From the NCBI GenBank assembly GCA_963782915.1, contig CAWALK010000020.1, positions 32,001 through 96,000 of the forward strand: 64,000 nucleotides of DNA, read 5' to 3'. Positions 8,647 through 18,960 of this stretch are shown here, one piece after another. Within the stretch, counting starts at the first letter, position 1; the number at the start of each line of letters is the position of its first letter. Below the pieces are notes generated by a model, which was given only the letters and a program-made list of their open reading frames with translations, made no database searches and was not told the DNA's origin. The position numbers and the translations under genes are program-made. Source of the stretch: an uncultured archaeon. GTDB lineage: Archaea > Thermoproteota > Bathyarchaeia > Bathyarchaeales > Bathycorpusculaceae.

Positions 8647-11283
8647 ATGAGTCAACCGCATACACGTCAGCCACAGGATGTGGCTTCAGCGTTAGGCTCC
8701 AACCCGGAGAGGGGCTTAACGGAGCAGGAGGCAGCAACGCGGCTAAACAGGTACGGCAAAAACAGTTTGGTTCAGGAACGAGAAATTCGTTTTTTGGGGA
8801 TTTTAAGAGAAGAAATCACTGAACCCATGATACTGCTGCTTTTGGCCATTGGCGTTGTATACAGTGTTTTAGGGGTAGTGACTGGTCGCGGATTAACAGA
8901 TGCCGCTACAATCATAATCATAATCATTATTCTCGTGTTGGCTGAGGTTTGGAATGAATATAGGGCTAAGCGTTCGGTAAATGCGCTTCGACAGTTGGCT
9001 CCGCCTACTGCTACTGTGCTGAGGAATGGGCAACAGGTGGAAGTGCAAACAGCCAATCTGGTACCCGGCGATGTACTGTTGCTTAAGGTTGGGCAGCGTG
9101 TGCCGGCAGACGCCCGAATCTTAGAAGCTTACGGTTTAGAAGTAGACGAATCCTCGTTGACGGGGGAATCGTTCCCAGTTGCAAAAGACGCTTCCGCTGT
9201 GCTATCGGCTGAAACTCGGGTAACCGACCAAACCAACATGGTCTTCACAGGCACAGTCATAACAAGAGGCAGAGCAAAAGCCCTCATAACCCAGACAGGA
9301 ATAGCAACGGAGCTGGGCAGAATCGCCGGCATAACCAAAGCCGCCAAAGAATCCAAAACGGCACTGCAGGTGGCGATGAAGCAACTCTCCAAAACGCTGG
9401 TTTGGGTAGCGCTCTTCTTTGCTATACTAATCCCAGTTCTGGCTTACATCCGAGGACTGCAGGGTCCTGTACCTCTTAGCGCCGGTGATGCTGTGCTTTA
9501 TGGGCTTTCGCTGGCGTTTGTTGTTATCCCCGAGGAGATGCCTATAATCATCACCATGGTCTTGGGTGTCGGCAGCTACGCATTGTCACGGAAAGGCGCG
9601 ATTGTAAAGCGATTGCGTGCAGCTGAAACCTTAGGCAACGTAACCGTCATCGCCACAGACAAAACAGGTACCATCACAGAGAATAAACTGCGAATCGAGC
9701 ACCTATACTTCGACGGCGCCATACGTCCTTCAAGCCAGTTCAAAGAGAATGAGAAAGCTGCACTGAGAACGGCGTTTTTGGCAAGTGATGCGGCAGGCGC
9801 TTTGGGCAATCCATTGGCTAAGGCGATTTCGGAGCGTCTCAGGCAAGACGGCGTCGATACGCAGACGTTGACGAATGGGTGGGTGCTTAAGGATGAGTTA
9901 AGTTTTGATGTTAACCGCAAACTCGCCTCTTACATTTACCAATACGGAAACTCGACAGTGGTTCTCTCAAGTGGTGCCCCTGAGCGAATCCTTGAAAGGT
10001 CAAATAGAATTCTTTTGGAAGGACAAGAAACACCCCTCACCGATGAGTTGCGAAGCAGTGTTTCCAAGGCAGCAGCGCAAATGGCGCATACAGGCGAGCG
10101 CCTCTTGGCATTTGGCTACCACCGCTTACCCACTGATGCCGCTAACGCAGACATCGAGCAAGAAATCGTTTTAGTAGGCATCATCGGCTTCATCGATCCG
10201 CCCCGCAAAGAAGTAGGCGAGGCCATTAAAACCTGCCAGCAAGCAGGCATACGCATCATCATGATTACAGGCGACCACCCAGAAACCGCCAAAACCATCG
10301 CTGGACAAGTCGGCATCAACAACACCCGAGTCTTGACTGGCAGCGAAATGGCAGCGATGACTGACGACGCTCTAAAAGACGCTTTGAGGAGCACTCATGT
10401 GTTTGCCCGTGCAACCCCAGAGGATAAACTGCGTTTAGTCCGTTTGTTAAAGGTAAATGGGGAAATCGTAGCGGTTACGGGAGACGGCATCAACGATGCT
10501 CCGGCACTTAAAGAGGCGCATATCGGCATCGCTATGGGTGTCCGAGGCACCGACGTAGCTAAAGAAGCGGCATCCATGATACTGGTTGACGACAACTTTG
10601 CCACTATCGAAACTGCGGTGAGTGAGGGACGCAGGCTCTACAGCAACCTCCGTAAAGGCGTCCGCTACTATTTAGCATGCAAAGTTGCGTTGGTTTCAAT
10701 CTTCCTTGTCCCAATCATACTGGGCATTCCGTTGCCGTTTGCGCCAATTCAAATCATCGTCCTCGAATTATTCATGGACTTAGCCGCTTCCGCCACCTTC
10801 GTCGCTGAACCCCAAGAAAAAGGCGCCATGAAAAAACCGCCAAATGACCCCGCGGAGAAATTCATGGACAAACGGATGCTAAGACCCCTATTCATAGGTG
10901 CCTTAAGCCTATTCTTAGCGGTCACAGCAACTTACCTGTTCACGTACTACACGGCAGCGGCAACAATGACTATTGAAAACGCAACATTGTATGCTCGGAC
11001 GGTGGCGTTCGCAACTTGGATGTTTGGTCACATCTTTTTAGCGTTGAATTTCCGCTCAGAAAACGTGCCGCTGCTCAAGCAGGGCATCTTAACAAACAAA
11101 GTTATGCTCCTATGGGCGCTAATAGTGATTGTTGTGTTAGGGTTGGGTACCTCAGTGCCGTTTATGCAGGCGGCACTTCAGATTACCGGTTTGGAGCCCT
11201 CGGCCTGGGCTTTGGCGATTGGCGTGTCGTTTGCGGCGACGTTTTGGATGGAACTCAAAAAGATGCTAACCGGCAAAATTTAA
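8647..11283 (+). CDS. cation-transporting P-type ATPase (type II-like)
   Basis: LTGES, IPEEMP, DKTGT, MITGDH, TGDGINDAPALK. Confidence 0.93.
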   Translation: MSQPHTRQPQDVASALGSNPERGLTEQEAATRLNRYGKNSLVQEREIRFLGILREEITEPMILLLLAIGVVYSVLGVVTGRGLTDAATIIIIIIILVLAEVWNEYRAKRSVNALRQLAPPTATVLRNGQQVEVQTANLVPGDVLLLKVGQRVPADARILEAYGLEVDESSLTGESFPVAKDASAVLSAETRVTDQTNMVFTGTVITRGRAKALITQTGIATELGRIAGITKAAKESKTALQVAMKQLSKTLVWVALFFAILIPVLAYIRGLQGPVPLSAGDAVLYGLSLAFVVIPEEMPIIITMVLGVGSYALSRKGAIVKRLRAAETLGNVTVIATDKTGTITENKLRIEHLYFDGAIRPSSQFKENEKAALRTAFLASDAAGALGNPLAKAISERLRQDGVDTQTLTNGWVLKDELSFDVNRKLASYIYQYGNSTVVLSSGAPERILERSNRILLEGQETPLTDELRSSVSKAAAQMAHTGERLLAFGYHRLPTDAANADIEQEIVLVGIIGFIDPPRKEVGEAIKTCQQAGIRIIMITGDHPETAKTIAGQVGINNTRVLTGSEMAAMTDDALKDALRSTHVFARATPEDKLRLVRLLKVNGEIVAVTGDGINDAPALKEAHIGIAMGVRGTDVAKEAASMILVDDNFATIETAVSEGRRLYSNLRKGVRYYLACKVALVSIFLVPIILGIPLPFAPIQIIVLELFMDLAASATFVAEPQEKGAMKKPPNDPAEKFMDKRMLRPLFIGALSLFLAVTATYLFTYYTAAATMTIENATLYARTVAFATWMFGHIFLALNFRSENVPLLKQGILTNKVMLLWALIVIVVLGLGTSVPFMQAALQITGLEPSAWALAIGVSFAATFWMELKKMLTGKI

Positions 11284-11349
11284 GTTCCAAGTTTTACCAA
11301 CCGTTTTTTTGTCAAATTTTATTTAGGGGTAGCACGCTACAATGGATGG

Positions 11350-12438
11350 GTGAGGGGTGGTGGAGTGGGGAGTTTAGAGACTAAACCAGCTGCTGCAAAC
11401 TATTCTATCGATATAATCCGTTTCTTCGCCATTGCCATGGTTATTCTGCTTCACTGCTCAGGTTTCCCCTACCATTTCACAAACCCACAAATCACCTCTA
11501 TAGACATCGTAAACTGGTTCACAACCGACGTTTACGCAGCCTTTGGCATGCTCGGTGTACCCTTATTTGTTATGTTGACGGGGGCTTTGCTGCTTAACCC
11601 AAACAGGGAAAATGAGCCTCTGCGAGTGTTTTATAGAAAACGGCTTGACCGCATTGCGTTGCCGTTTATTTTTTGGACCATAATCTACTTTGCATGGAGC
11701 TTCACAATTCTCGGCAAACCTTTTACATTAACTAAAATCGGGGAAGGCTTGCTGGGCGGCTCCTATGCTCATTTGTGGTATCTGTATTTGCTTATGGGAC
11801 TATATGCTCTTACGCCTGTGCTGCGGGTGCTGGTGAAGCATTTAGACCGTAAATTATTCACTTACCTGCTTGTGCTGTGGTTTGCAGGGACAATTGCTAC
11901 CCCAATTATCCACAACCTTACCAGCTTGAACTATTTCCCTTACACCTTCATCGTAGTCGATTGGGTGGGGTACTTCCTCATAGGCGCCTACCTGCTCGAA
12001 ACTGAGTTTCCGCGTTCAAAAGCCATCCTCATCGCTTCCGCAGGCGTCATAGCCACAATAGTAGGCGAATGGCTCCTCACAGGTACAATGGGAGAAAAAT
12101 ACACCGGTTTCCTACACAGCTATGTAAGCCCCACAGTCATGGTTGCCAGCATCGCGTTGTTCTTTGTTCTGATTTCGTGGGATTCAAATCGACTAGCCAG
12201 CCACACCAAACTCGGCGGCGTTATCCATTGGGTAAGCCAAAACACGCTACCAATCTATCTCATTCATATGTTGGTGCTGGTATCGCTGTGGATTAATGTG
12301 GGCGGTATCTGGCTAAATTCCATGACGTTTAGTCCATTGTTTGATGTTCCCATCTACGCCGCCATAGTGTTCGCAGTGTCTGCTGGGCTTGTTTATGTGC
12401 TCAAAAAGATACCCCTCGTCAAGCGTTTGGTAGGCTAA
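11350..12438 (+). CDS. acyltransferase family 3 (OafA/WecH-like) membrane protein
   Basis: DIIRFFAIAMVILLH, VPLFVMLTGALLL, HLWYLY, IYLIH. Confidence 0.88.
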   Translation: MRGGGVGSLETKPAAANYSIDIIRFFAIAMVILLHCSGFPYHFTNPQITSIDIVNWFTTDVYAAFGMLGVPLFVMLTGALLLNPNRENEPLRVFYRKRLDRIALPFIFWTIIYFAWSFTILGKPFTLTKIGEGLLGGSYAHLWYLYLLMGLYALTPVLRVLVKHLDRKLFTYLLVLWFAGTIATPIIHNLTSLNYFPYTFIVVDWVGYFLIGAYLLETEFPRSKAILIASAGVIATIVGEWLLTGTMGEKYTGFLHSYVSPTVMVASIALFFVLISWDSNRLASHTKLGGVIHWVSQNTLPIYLIHMLVLVSLWINVGGIWLNSMTFSPLFDVPIYAAIVFAVSAGLVYVLKKIPLVKRLVG

Positions 12439-12567
12439 CGCCAATTATCCATGGTTATCAGGGTTTAACAAGGTGCTCGGCTAAAGTTATTGCCGAAAAG
12501 CATTGGGGAAGCACTTGATTTTTTAATGTAAACAACATATTCATCTGCAAACGGAAGAGGGAAAGGT

Positions 12568-12975
12568 ATGCCGATTAAGTATTTTGAAGCTCCGGAAATC
12601 AAGCAGCAAGTCGATCAGTTGGCAGCGGAATGCGAATTTTTCCATGTTGTGCCCCAATTCGTCTTCTGTGTCCGCAGCAGAGGCTCCAAGGCACGTCGTA
12701 CAATCGCCCGCATCCATGGACTGGGCAAAATCTGGCAAGGCGTACTGAACCTGCCGCCATCTTACACCATCGAAGTTATCTCGGAAATCTTTGATAAGAT
12801 GTCTGCTGAAGACAGAGAACGAACCCTCATCCATGAATTGATGCATATTCCCGGCGGATTCTCAGGCGGTTTCCGACCGCACAAGGGCTATGTTGAACGC
12901 AAAAACGTGGATGCCGTCTACAAGAAACTCCAGAGTGACCGCGCAGCAAAACGCCAAAAACGGCTTTTCTCCTGA
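12568..12975 (+). CDS. putative zinc metallopeptidase (HExxH, phage-metallopeptidase-like)
   Basis: YTIEVISEIFD...TLIHELMHIP. Confidence 0.75.
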   Translation: MPIKYFEAPEIKQQVDQLAAECEFFHVVPQFVFCVRSRGSKARRTIARIHGLGKIWQGVLNLPPSYTIEVISEIFDKMSAEDRERTLIHELMHIPGGFSGGFRPHKGYVERKNVDAVYKKLQSDRAAKRQKRLFS

Positions 12976-13117
12976 TTAAAAAGTAGCGGTAGTGTCAAAG
13001 TTTTTAAGCTTCGCAGACGGGGTTAATGAAAGTTGCAGCTTTATCAACGAAAAACCTATAAGTTATAGTTGGCAAAGAAACAAGAAAACTTTGCCGCTAC
13101 ACGGGGTATATTGAGTT

Positions 13118-14740
13118 ATGAAACATGTTATGAAAAGTCTAAAGCACAACGGCATATACGTTCCCCCATATGACCTTAAAGGCTTCAACATAAAAATCCA
13201 AGGTCAATCAATTAAGCTTACAGAGAAATCTGAGCCTATGGCTGTTGCTTGGACACGCCGAGTCCTATCAACCACCATACCAGCGCCAGATAAAGTCTTC
13301 ACTAAAAACTTTATGAAAGAATTTCTTGAGCAACTACACAACGAGAACCCTCAAGCAAAATACCTCAACAGTTTCACCAGTAAATATCTTGACAGCATCG
13401 AAAATCAGCCTGCTACACAGAACAACGGTGGACAGAGCCTCGACATAGACTTCACCGAAATCAGAGCATTCATTCTTGACGATAAAGCCAAAAAAGAAGC
13501 CATAAGCAAAGAAGAGAAAAAGAAGCAGGCTGAAGAACGCAAAGTCAAACGATTAGAATACAAAGAAAAATATGGCTACGCCCTAGTCGATGGTCAACGC
13601 TTAGAAGTCGCTAACTGGACCTCAGAACCCAGCTGCCTCTTCGCAGGACGCGGCGACCACCCACAACGCGGCAAATGGAAAGAAGGACCAACCCAAGCAG
13701 ACATCACACTCAACCTCTCACCAGACGCACCCAAACCTGAAGGCTGGAAATTCACTTGGGAACCCAACAAAATGTACGTTGCCAAATGGATCGATAAACT
13801 CACTGGCAAAGTCAAATACGTCTGGTTTAGCGACACCGCGTTTCTTAAGCAGAACCGTGAGATGGAGAAATTCCAGAAAGCCGAAACCTTAGGCAAGCAA
13901 ATCAAGCAAATCGAAACTCATATCCTCAAAAACACAGAATCTAAAGATGTAGAACGCCGCAAAGTAGCTACGGTTTCTTGGCTTATACTTGTCCCCAACA
14001 TGAGGGTTGGCGACGAAAAGGACCCAGACGAAGCCGACACAGTAGGCGCCATCACCCTGCGCTCCGAGCACATAAAAGTCGTCGGCGACACCTTGCACTT
14101 TGACTTCTTAGGCAAAGACAGCGTCCGCTGGGTAAAAGAATACCCTGCACCCCCCTCAGTCATCAAAAACATCCAAGAATTCTCAAAAGACACAACCAAA
14201 GAATACCTCTTCCAAGGCATCGACAGCAAAAAAGTCAGCCGCTTCCTCATCGAAAAAATGCCCAAATTAACCGCCAAAGTCTTCAGAACATGGAGATGCA
14301 CAAAAACCGTCAAAGAAGAACTCGAAAAAAGCGGCGTAACCAAAGAAGACCCCGACTACAAGAAAAACTTTGCAGCAAAAATGGCAAACTTTAAAGTCGC
14401 CGAAGTCGCAAACCACAAACGCAAAATCCCACCCACCTTCGACCAACGCGTCGCAGACAAAGAAGCCAAACTCAAAGACATGCAAGAACTGCTCAAAGCC
14501 AAAACCAAAGAAGGCAAAAAAATCGAATCTCTCCAAACCCGCATTGAACGCGCCAAACTCGACTTAGAATTAACCAAACTAACCCGCGAATACAACCTTG
14601 GCACCTCACTGAAAAGCTACATTGACCCAACCGCCTACGTGAAATGGGCAAAGAAAGTCAAATTCGACATCGAAAAATTCTATCCCACAACACTTCGCAG
14701 CAAATTCAGTTGGGCACTACAGCAAGGGCAAAAAGGCTAA
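13118..14740 (+). CDS. top1: DNA topoisomerase IB, eukaryote-like
   Basis: LKHNG, FAGRGDHPQRGKWK, MRVGDEK, FDFLGKDS, AKVFRTW, NH, coiled-coil linker, TSLKSYIDP with catalytic Tyr. Confidence 0.93.
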   Translation: MKHVMKSLKHNGIYVPPYDLKGFNIKIQGQSIKLTEKSEPMAVAWTRRVLSTTIPAPDKVFTKNFMKEFLEQLHNENPQAKYLNSFTSKYLDSIENQPATQNNGGQSLDIDFTEIRAFILDDKAKKEAISKEEKKKQAEERKVKRLEYKEKYGYALVDGQRLEVANWTSEPSCLFAGRGDHPQRGKWKEGPTQADITLNLSPDAPKPEGWKFTWEPNKMYVAKWIDKLTGKVKYVWFSDTAFLKQNREMEKFQKAETLGKQIKQIETHILKNTESKDVERRKVATVSWLILVPNMRVGDEKDPDEADTVGAITLRSEHIKVVGDTLHFDFLGKDSVRWVKEYPAPPSVIKNIQEFSKDTTKEYLFQGIDSKKVSRFLIEKMPKLTAKVFRTWRCTKTVKEELEKSGVTKEDPDYKKNFAAKMANFKVAEVANHKRKIPPTFDQRVADKEAKLKDMQELLKAKTKEGKKIESLQTRIERAKLDLELTKLTREYNLGTSLKSYIDPTAYVKWAKKVKFDIEKFYPTTLRSKFSWALQQGQKG

Positions 14741-14779
14741 GGCAGATGAAGCATGCCCCGATTCTGAGTGCATAACTGC

Positions 14780-15061
14780 ATGAGCATAAAAGAAACCAAA
14801 GAGGGCATTGTCCTCTCCATTTTTGTTAAACCCAACAGCCCCAAATTCAAAATCGAACTCGACGGCGACGAAGTGGTTGTTTATGCTACTGAAGAGCCTG
14901 AGAAGGGCAAAGTAAACAAGGAAATCATGAAGGAAGCGGGGAAGCTTTTGGGGTTTAGGGTGGAGATTATTTCGGGCTTAACTTCAAAGCAGAAGATGCT
15001 GCTTCTGAGAGGCGCAAGCAAGGCTTCAATTGAAGCTAAAATGACCGCTTTAAGTAGATAA
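14780..15061 (+). CDS. DUF167/YggU (UPF0235) protein
   Basis: IFVKPNS...PEKGKVNKEI...IISGLTSKQK. Confidence 0.85.
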   Translation: MSIKETKEGIVLSIFVKPNSPKFKIELDGDEVVVYATEEPEKGKVNKEIMKEAGKLLGFRVEIISGLTSKQKMLLLRGASKASIEAKMTALSR

Positions 15062-15099
15062 TGCCAAACTTCATATGGATGCCAGTTCAAGCCTAAACT

Positions 15100-16417
15100 A
15101 TGAATAGGCGTCTTGCAGTACTTGCGAGCATATTCTTAATTGCTGTAATCGTGGGTTCCACGGTTTGGTATATTGAAACGCGATTGCCTGGAACCGACAA
15201 AGGAAGCATCATTTGGGAAACTGACCTTCCATCTACTGCAACCGACATAGCAGTTGCAGACCAAAAAATCTTCTTAGCCGACAAAAGCACACTATACTGC
15301 TTAAGCGCAACCGACGGCAGTGCCCTTTGGAACACCAGCTACGGATTTGCAGACTACGGTTCAAGATTAACCGTTTACAATAACAGAGTCTACGTTGCCA
15401 CAGTTGGCTTAATGATTAGAAGCTTCAACGAAAATACGGGTCAAGCCGAATTCAATTATACCGCACCACCGACTGGCGTCAACGATCACAAAAGAACAGC
15501 TAACATTCTGTTGGCTGAAGGGAAATTATTCGCTTACGGCGCTGGCACTACAGTTTATAATGCGGCAAATGGGCAAGAACTATGGGAACAATCAGGACGC
15601 ACTTTGTACAAACCTCAAATGAGCGATGCAGCACAAAAGCTACCGCCCAGCAATTATACTTACATTGTAGGTCCTTCACGAGTTAACCCAAACACTGGCG
15701 AAACAATCTGGTCGTTCCCCGCCGCTACTAGTTACCCGCCCATAGTTTACCAAGACAAAGTAATTCTATGGAACTACGCTTCCAAGTATAACTATCCGCA
15801 AACTGAACATGCAATTGTGTGTTTGAACGCCGATACCGGGGAGCAGCTTTGGAGAGTCGATCCAGAAGCTGCTAAGTTTCCAGCCGAGCGTTTCAGGTGA
15901 TTTGCTGCTTTTTGCATCTCAAGATGGCAATTTTTATGCATTTGATCTTTCCAACGGTAGTCAAGAATGGAAAGTTGGTATCGATGATTTAGAGATCATA
16001 AAATCATATAACCAAACGATACGCTCAGGAGACCGTAGTTTAATAGAATACGTCAATCCTTCACCACCACTAATCGACGCCGAACACAATAGGCTCTTTT
16101 GGAGCGTATTCGATAGCCAACAAGTACAGGATAACAAGACTAATCTAGGTTCGTTTATGTGCTTAAACATTCAAAGTGGAAGTAGAGTTTGGTATAAGGC
16201 AGTTGTCAATGACACATCTTTTCATTGGGGCGGGCAAAGTATGGCTGTTTTAAATGATGAGTTGTTTATTTCAGGCAATTATGGGGTTATTTGTTTGAAT
16301 GCGGCTAATGGGGATGTTCAATGGGTGAGACATCTGGATAGTTACTTTTTCACGCCTCTTCTGGTTGGCGATAGAGTGTATCTTTTATCGGATAAGCATC
16401 TGATAGCCTACAAATAA
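15100..16417 (+). CDS. PQQ-like beta-propeller (BamB-like) secreted protein; frameshift near 15885
   Basis: N-terminal TM; repeated (C/A)L(N/D)AxxGxxxW blades across ORFs 15100-15900 and 15902-16417. Confidence 0.8.
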
Positions 16418-16513
16418 GACCTAACGATTACACTGGAACTTAGCGTTCATAAACTTAGAACACAACAAACCATAAAAGCGCTAACAAGGTAAGGTTTTCT
16501 TGTTGGGGAAGAA

Positions 16514-16951
16514 ATGAAAGCAGACCAAAAAACACAATCCGAAGTAACACAGTCCCTAAAGGGAATGTTTGAAGCATACAAAAAACGGGACCTCGAAGGT
16601 GTCCTGTCGTTTTGGGCTCCTGACCCAGACATAATGGTTATCGGTTCAGGCGAAGACGAGAAAGGAATTGGTTTAGACCAGTTTGCTGCGAGTTTAAAGA
16701 GGGATTGGGCGCAGGCAGAGATAACTGCAATCGGCGTTAAGGACTTCAGAGTTTCAGCCTCAGGGTTTGTTGCTTGGTTTGGTGCAGATTTGACCTTTAG
16801 CTTCTCGGTCGGGGGCAAAGAGTCAGCGGTTCCAGGGCGATTAACTGGCGTTATGGAGAAACGCAACGGCAAATGGCTTTGGGTACAGATGCATTTCTCG
16901 ACACCGAGCCGTGAGCAGAAGCAAGGGCAATCTTGGCCAGGCGCTGAGTAA
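16514..16951 (+). CDS. SnoaL-like/NTF2 family protein
   Basis: RLTGVMEKRNGKWLWVQMHFSTP. Confidence 0.85.
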   Translation: MKADQKTQSEVTQSLKGMFEAYKKRDLEGVLSFWAPDPDIMVIGSGEDEKGIGLDQFAASLKRDWAQAEITAIGVKDFRVSASGFVAWFGADLTFSFSVGGKESAVPGRLTGVMEKRNGKWLWVQMHFSTPSREQKQGQSWPGAE

Positions 16952-17191
16952 TAGAAAGGATATTTCGTGTTTCGGAATATGCCTTATATGCAAAAGCTGC
17001 CCAATGATAATCAGTAGCGTATTGTAGTTCAAAGGGAGAGGGACTTACACCCTTTCACCTTACCCCAAAACCTTCTAAACAATTTACCTCTATGCAGATT
17101 GCGTTTTAAGTATGGATTAACTGCAAAATTAAAATAAACGCGTTTATATCCTCTCAAAGCTAAACCGTATCGAACTCGAGAGGATTAACAA

Positions 17192-18778
17192 ATGAGCAGC
17201 AACGACGATAACAGAATCATTCCAAGAACAATGTCCACCCAGCATCCAGACAACGCAAACACCCCTGACTGGAGCCGAGACGAAGTAATCGGCGGCAACG
17301 CAGAGGTTTTGGAAGCCTTCAACGCCTACAGTATCCTTGGCTGCCAGGAAGTCATGTGGGATTCGGAAGGCAAAGATGCTGATACCCGCGTCGTGCGAAA
17401 GCTGCTTCAGAAGTACTGGGACTATTTTGCAGGCCACACCATCGGCGAAGACCTATTTTTGACTTACCGTGTTCCTAACCCCAAGATCGAGGGTGCAGAG
17501 AAAAAAATTATCGTCGAAACTCTGCAGAACATACCCGTCGCCTACGACGTAGCCACACTGGTTTACAAACGAGAGGTTTCCCCCCTCTTTGAAGTCATCT
17601 TACCCATGACCACGGAAGCCAAAGAAATCATCATGCTATTCAACTATTACAAAAAAGCCATCGTTGAAGCAGAAGACGCCAAACTCTACGAGGAAACAAC
17701 CGTTAAAGACTGGATGGGCGTCTTTAGGCCTAAAGCCATAAAGGTAATTCCGTTAGTCGAAGACTTCGATAGCATACTAAACGTTGACCAAATAGTTGCT
17801 CCCTACATCAAAGCGGTTAAGCCGAAGCAGCAAAGAGTCTTCGTTGCACGCTCAGACCCCGCATTAAACTACGGTTTCCTATGTGCTGTTTTACTCTCAA
17901 AAATTGCATTAAGCAAACTCAAAGCATTGGAAAAACGGTTTGACACAACCATTCACCCCATCCTCGGAGTAGGATCCAAACCATTTAGAGGCCACCTCTC
18001 ACCAGACAATGTCGACAACTTCCTACAAGAATACAAAGGCCTCTCCACCGTAACCATCCAATCCGCGTTCAGATACGATTACCCAGCCGAGCAAGTCAAA
18101 GAAGGCATACAAACCCTAAACCAAAGATTACCAAACGGCACACCCGAATTCATCGATGAAGCAGAAGAAAAAATACTATTGGGCATACTGGGCAAATGCA
18201 GACAAGAATATGAACGCCAAATCGAAGTCATTGCACCCTTCATCAACGCCGTAGCAGCCTATGTACCAGCCAGGCGCACAAGAAAACTCCACATTGGTTT
18301 ATTCGGTTACAGCAGATGCGTTGCCGGCGTATGCCTCCCCCGAGCTATCTCGTTTGCTACAGCACTCTATAGTGTGGGGATTCCACCAGAATTTCTGGGT
18401 ATGAAAGCGCTTAACCAGCTTAGCGAGCAAGAATGGAAGACCCTAAACAAGCATTACCTCAAGATGCAGTATGACCTAAAAGTAGTCGGCGAATACGTCT
18501 CGTTCAACAACATTAACATGCTCGTTGAAATGAGTCAGGCAGCCGCTAAGCGGTCGGGTATGGGCGAAGAGAAACTCAAGGATGCCCTCGCAACGGTGCT
18601 GGAGGACCTTAATACTGCTGAGGAAAAGCTGGGTATTAAGTTGGGCCCCAGAGGTTTTGCACAGAGAAGACATGAGAACTTTACTAACAACTTTTTGTTG
18701 TCTTTCTTGCAGAAGCAGGATGCTGAGGCGAAGTTGGCGTTGACTGAGTCGGCTAAACTCAGAAAATGCCTGGGCTAA
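17192..18778 (+). CDS. ppcA: phosphoenolpyruvate carboxylase, archaeal type
   Basis: IPRTMSTQHPDNA, MWDSEGK, ARSDPALNYG, RKLHIGLFGYSR, LPRAISF. Confidence 0.95.
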   Translation: MSSNDDNRIIPRTMSTQHPDNANTPDWSRDEVIGGNAEVLEAFNAYSILGCQEVMWDSEGKDADTRVVRKLLQKYWDYFAGHTIGEDLFLTYRVPNPKIEGAEKKIIVETLQNIPVAYDVATLVYKREVSPLFEVILPMTTEAKEIIMLFNYYKKAIVEAEDAKLYEETTVKDWMGVFRPKAIKVIPLVEDFDSILNVDQIVAPYIKAVKPKQQRVFVARSDPALNYGFLCAVLLSKIALSKLKALEKRFDTTIHPILGVGSKPFRGHLSPDNVDNFLQEYKGLSTVTIQSAFRYDYPAEQVKEGIQTLNQRLPNGTPEFIDEAEEKILLGILGKCRQEYERQIEVIAPFINAVAAYVPARRTRKLHIGLFGYSRCVAGVCLPRAISFATALYSVGIPPEFLGMKALNQLSEQEWKTLNKHYLKMQYDLKVVGEYVSFNNINMLVEMSQAAAKRSGMGEEKLKDALATVLEDLNTAEEKLGIKLGPRGFAQRRHENFTNNFLLSFLQKQDAEAKLALTESAKLRKCLG

Positions 18779-18874
18779 CCCCATTTTTACCTCTTTTTGT
18801 TAAACAGTCAACTGCAAACGACTATCTAACCAGCCGCTAAGTCAGCACTCGACTAGAGTTAAACCAAAAAATAA

Positions 18875-18942
18875 GGCAGATGCAGACAAACCTGTTAATT
18901 ATTCTCTGCAACTGTTAAGTCTATATATAAGGGAGGGGACCC
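18875..18942 (+). repeat. dispersed intergenic repeat, copy A (internally shortened)
   Basis: ggcagatgcagacaaa...tgcaactgttaagtctatatataagggagggg; core matches 62471-62502 at 29/32 nt. Confidence 0.6.
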
Positions 18943-18960
18943 TCGCCAAGAGCAACAAGA

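Noticed and set aside
13118-14740. Topoisomerase IB as a novelty or viral gene
   Set aside because: Eukaryote-like TopIB is already established in Thaumarchaeota-related archaea, and there are no viral neighbours.
18921-18942. G-string motif as an ORB/replication origin
   Set aside because: It lacks the TCCA..GAAAC ORB core, and no cdc6/orc1 is adjacent.
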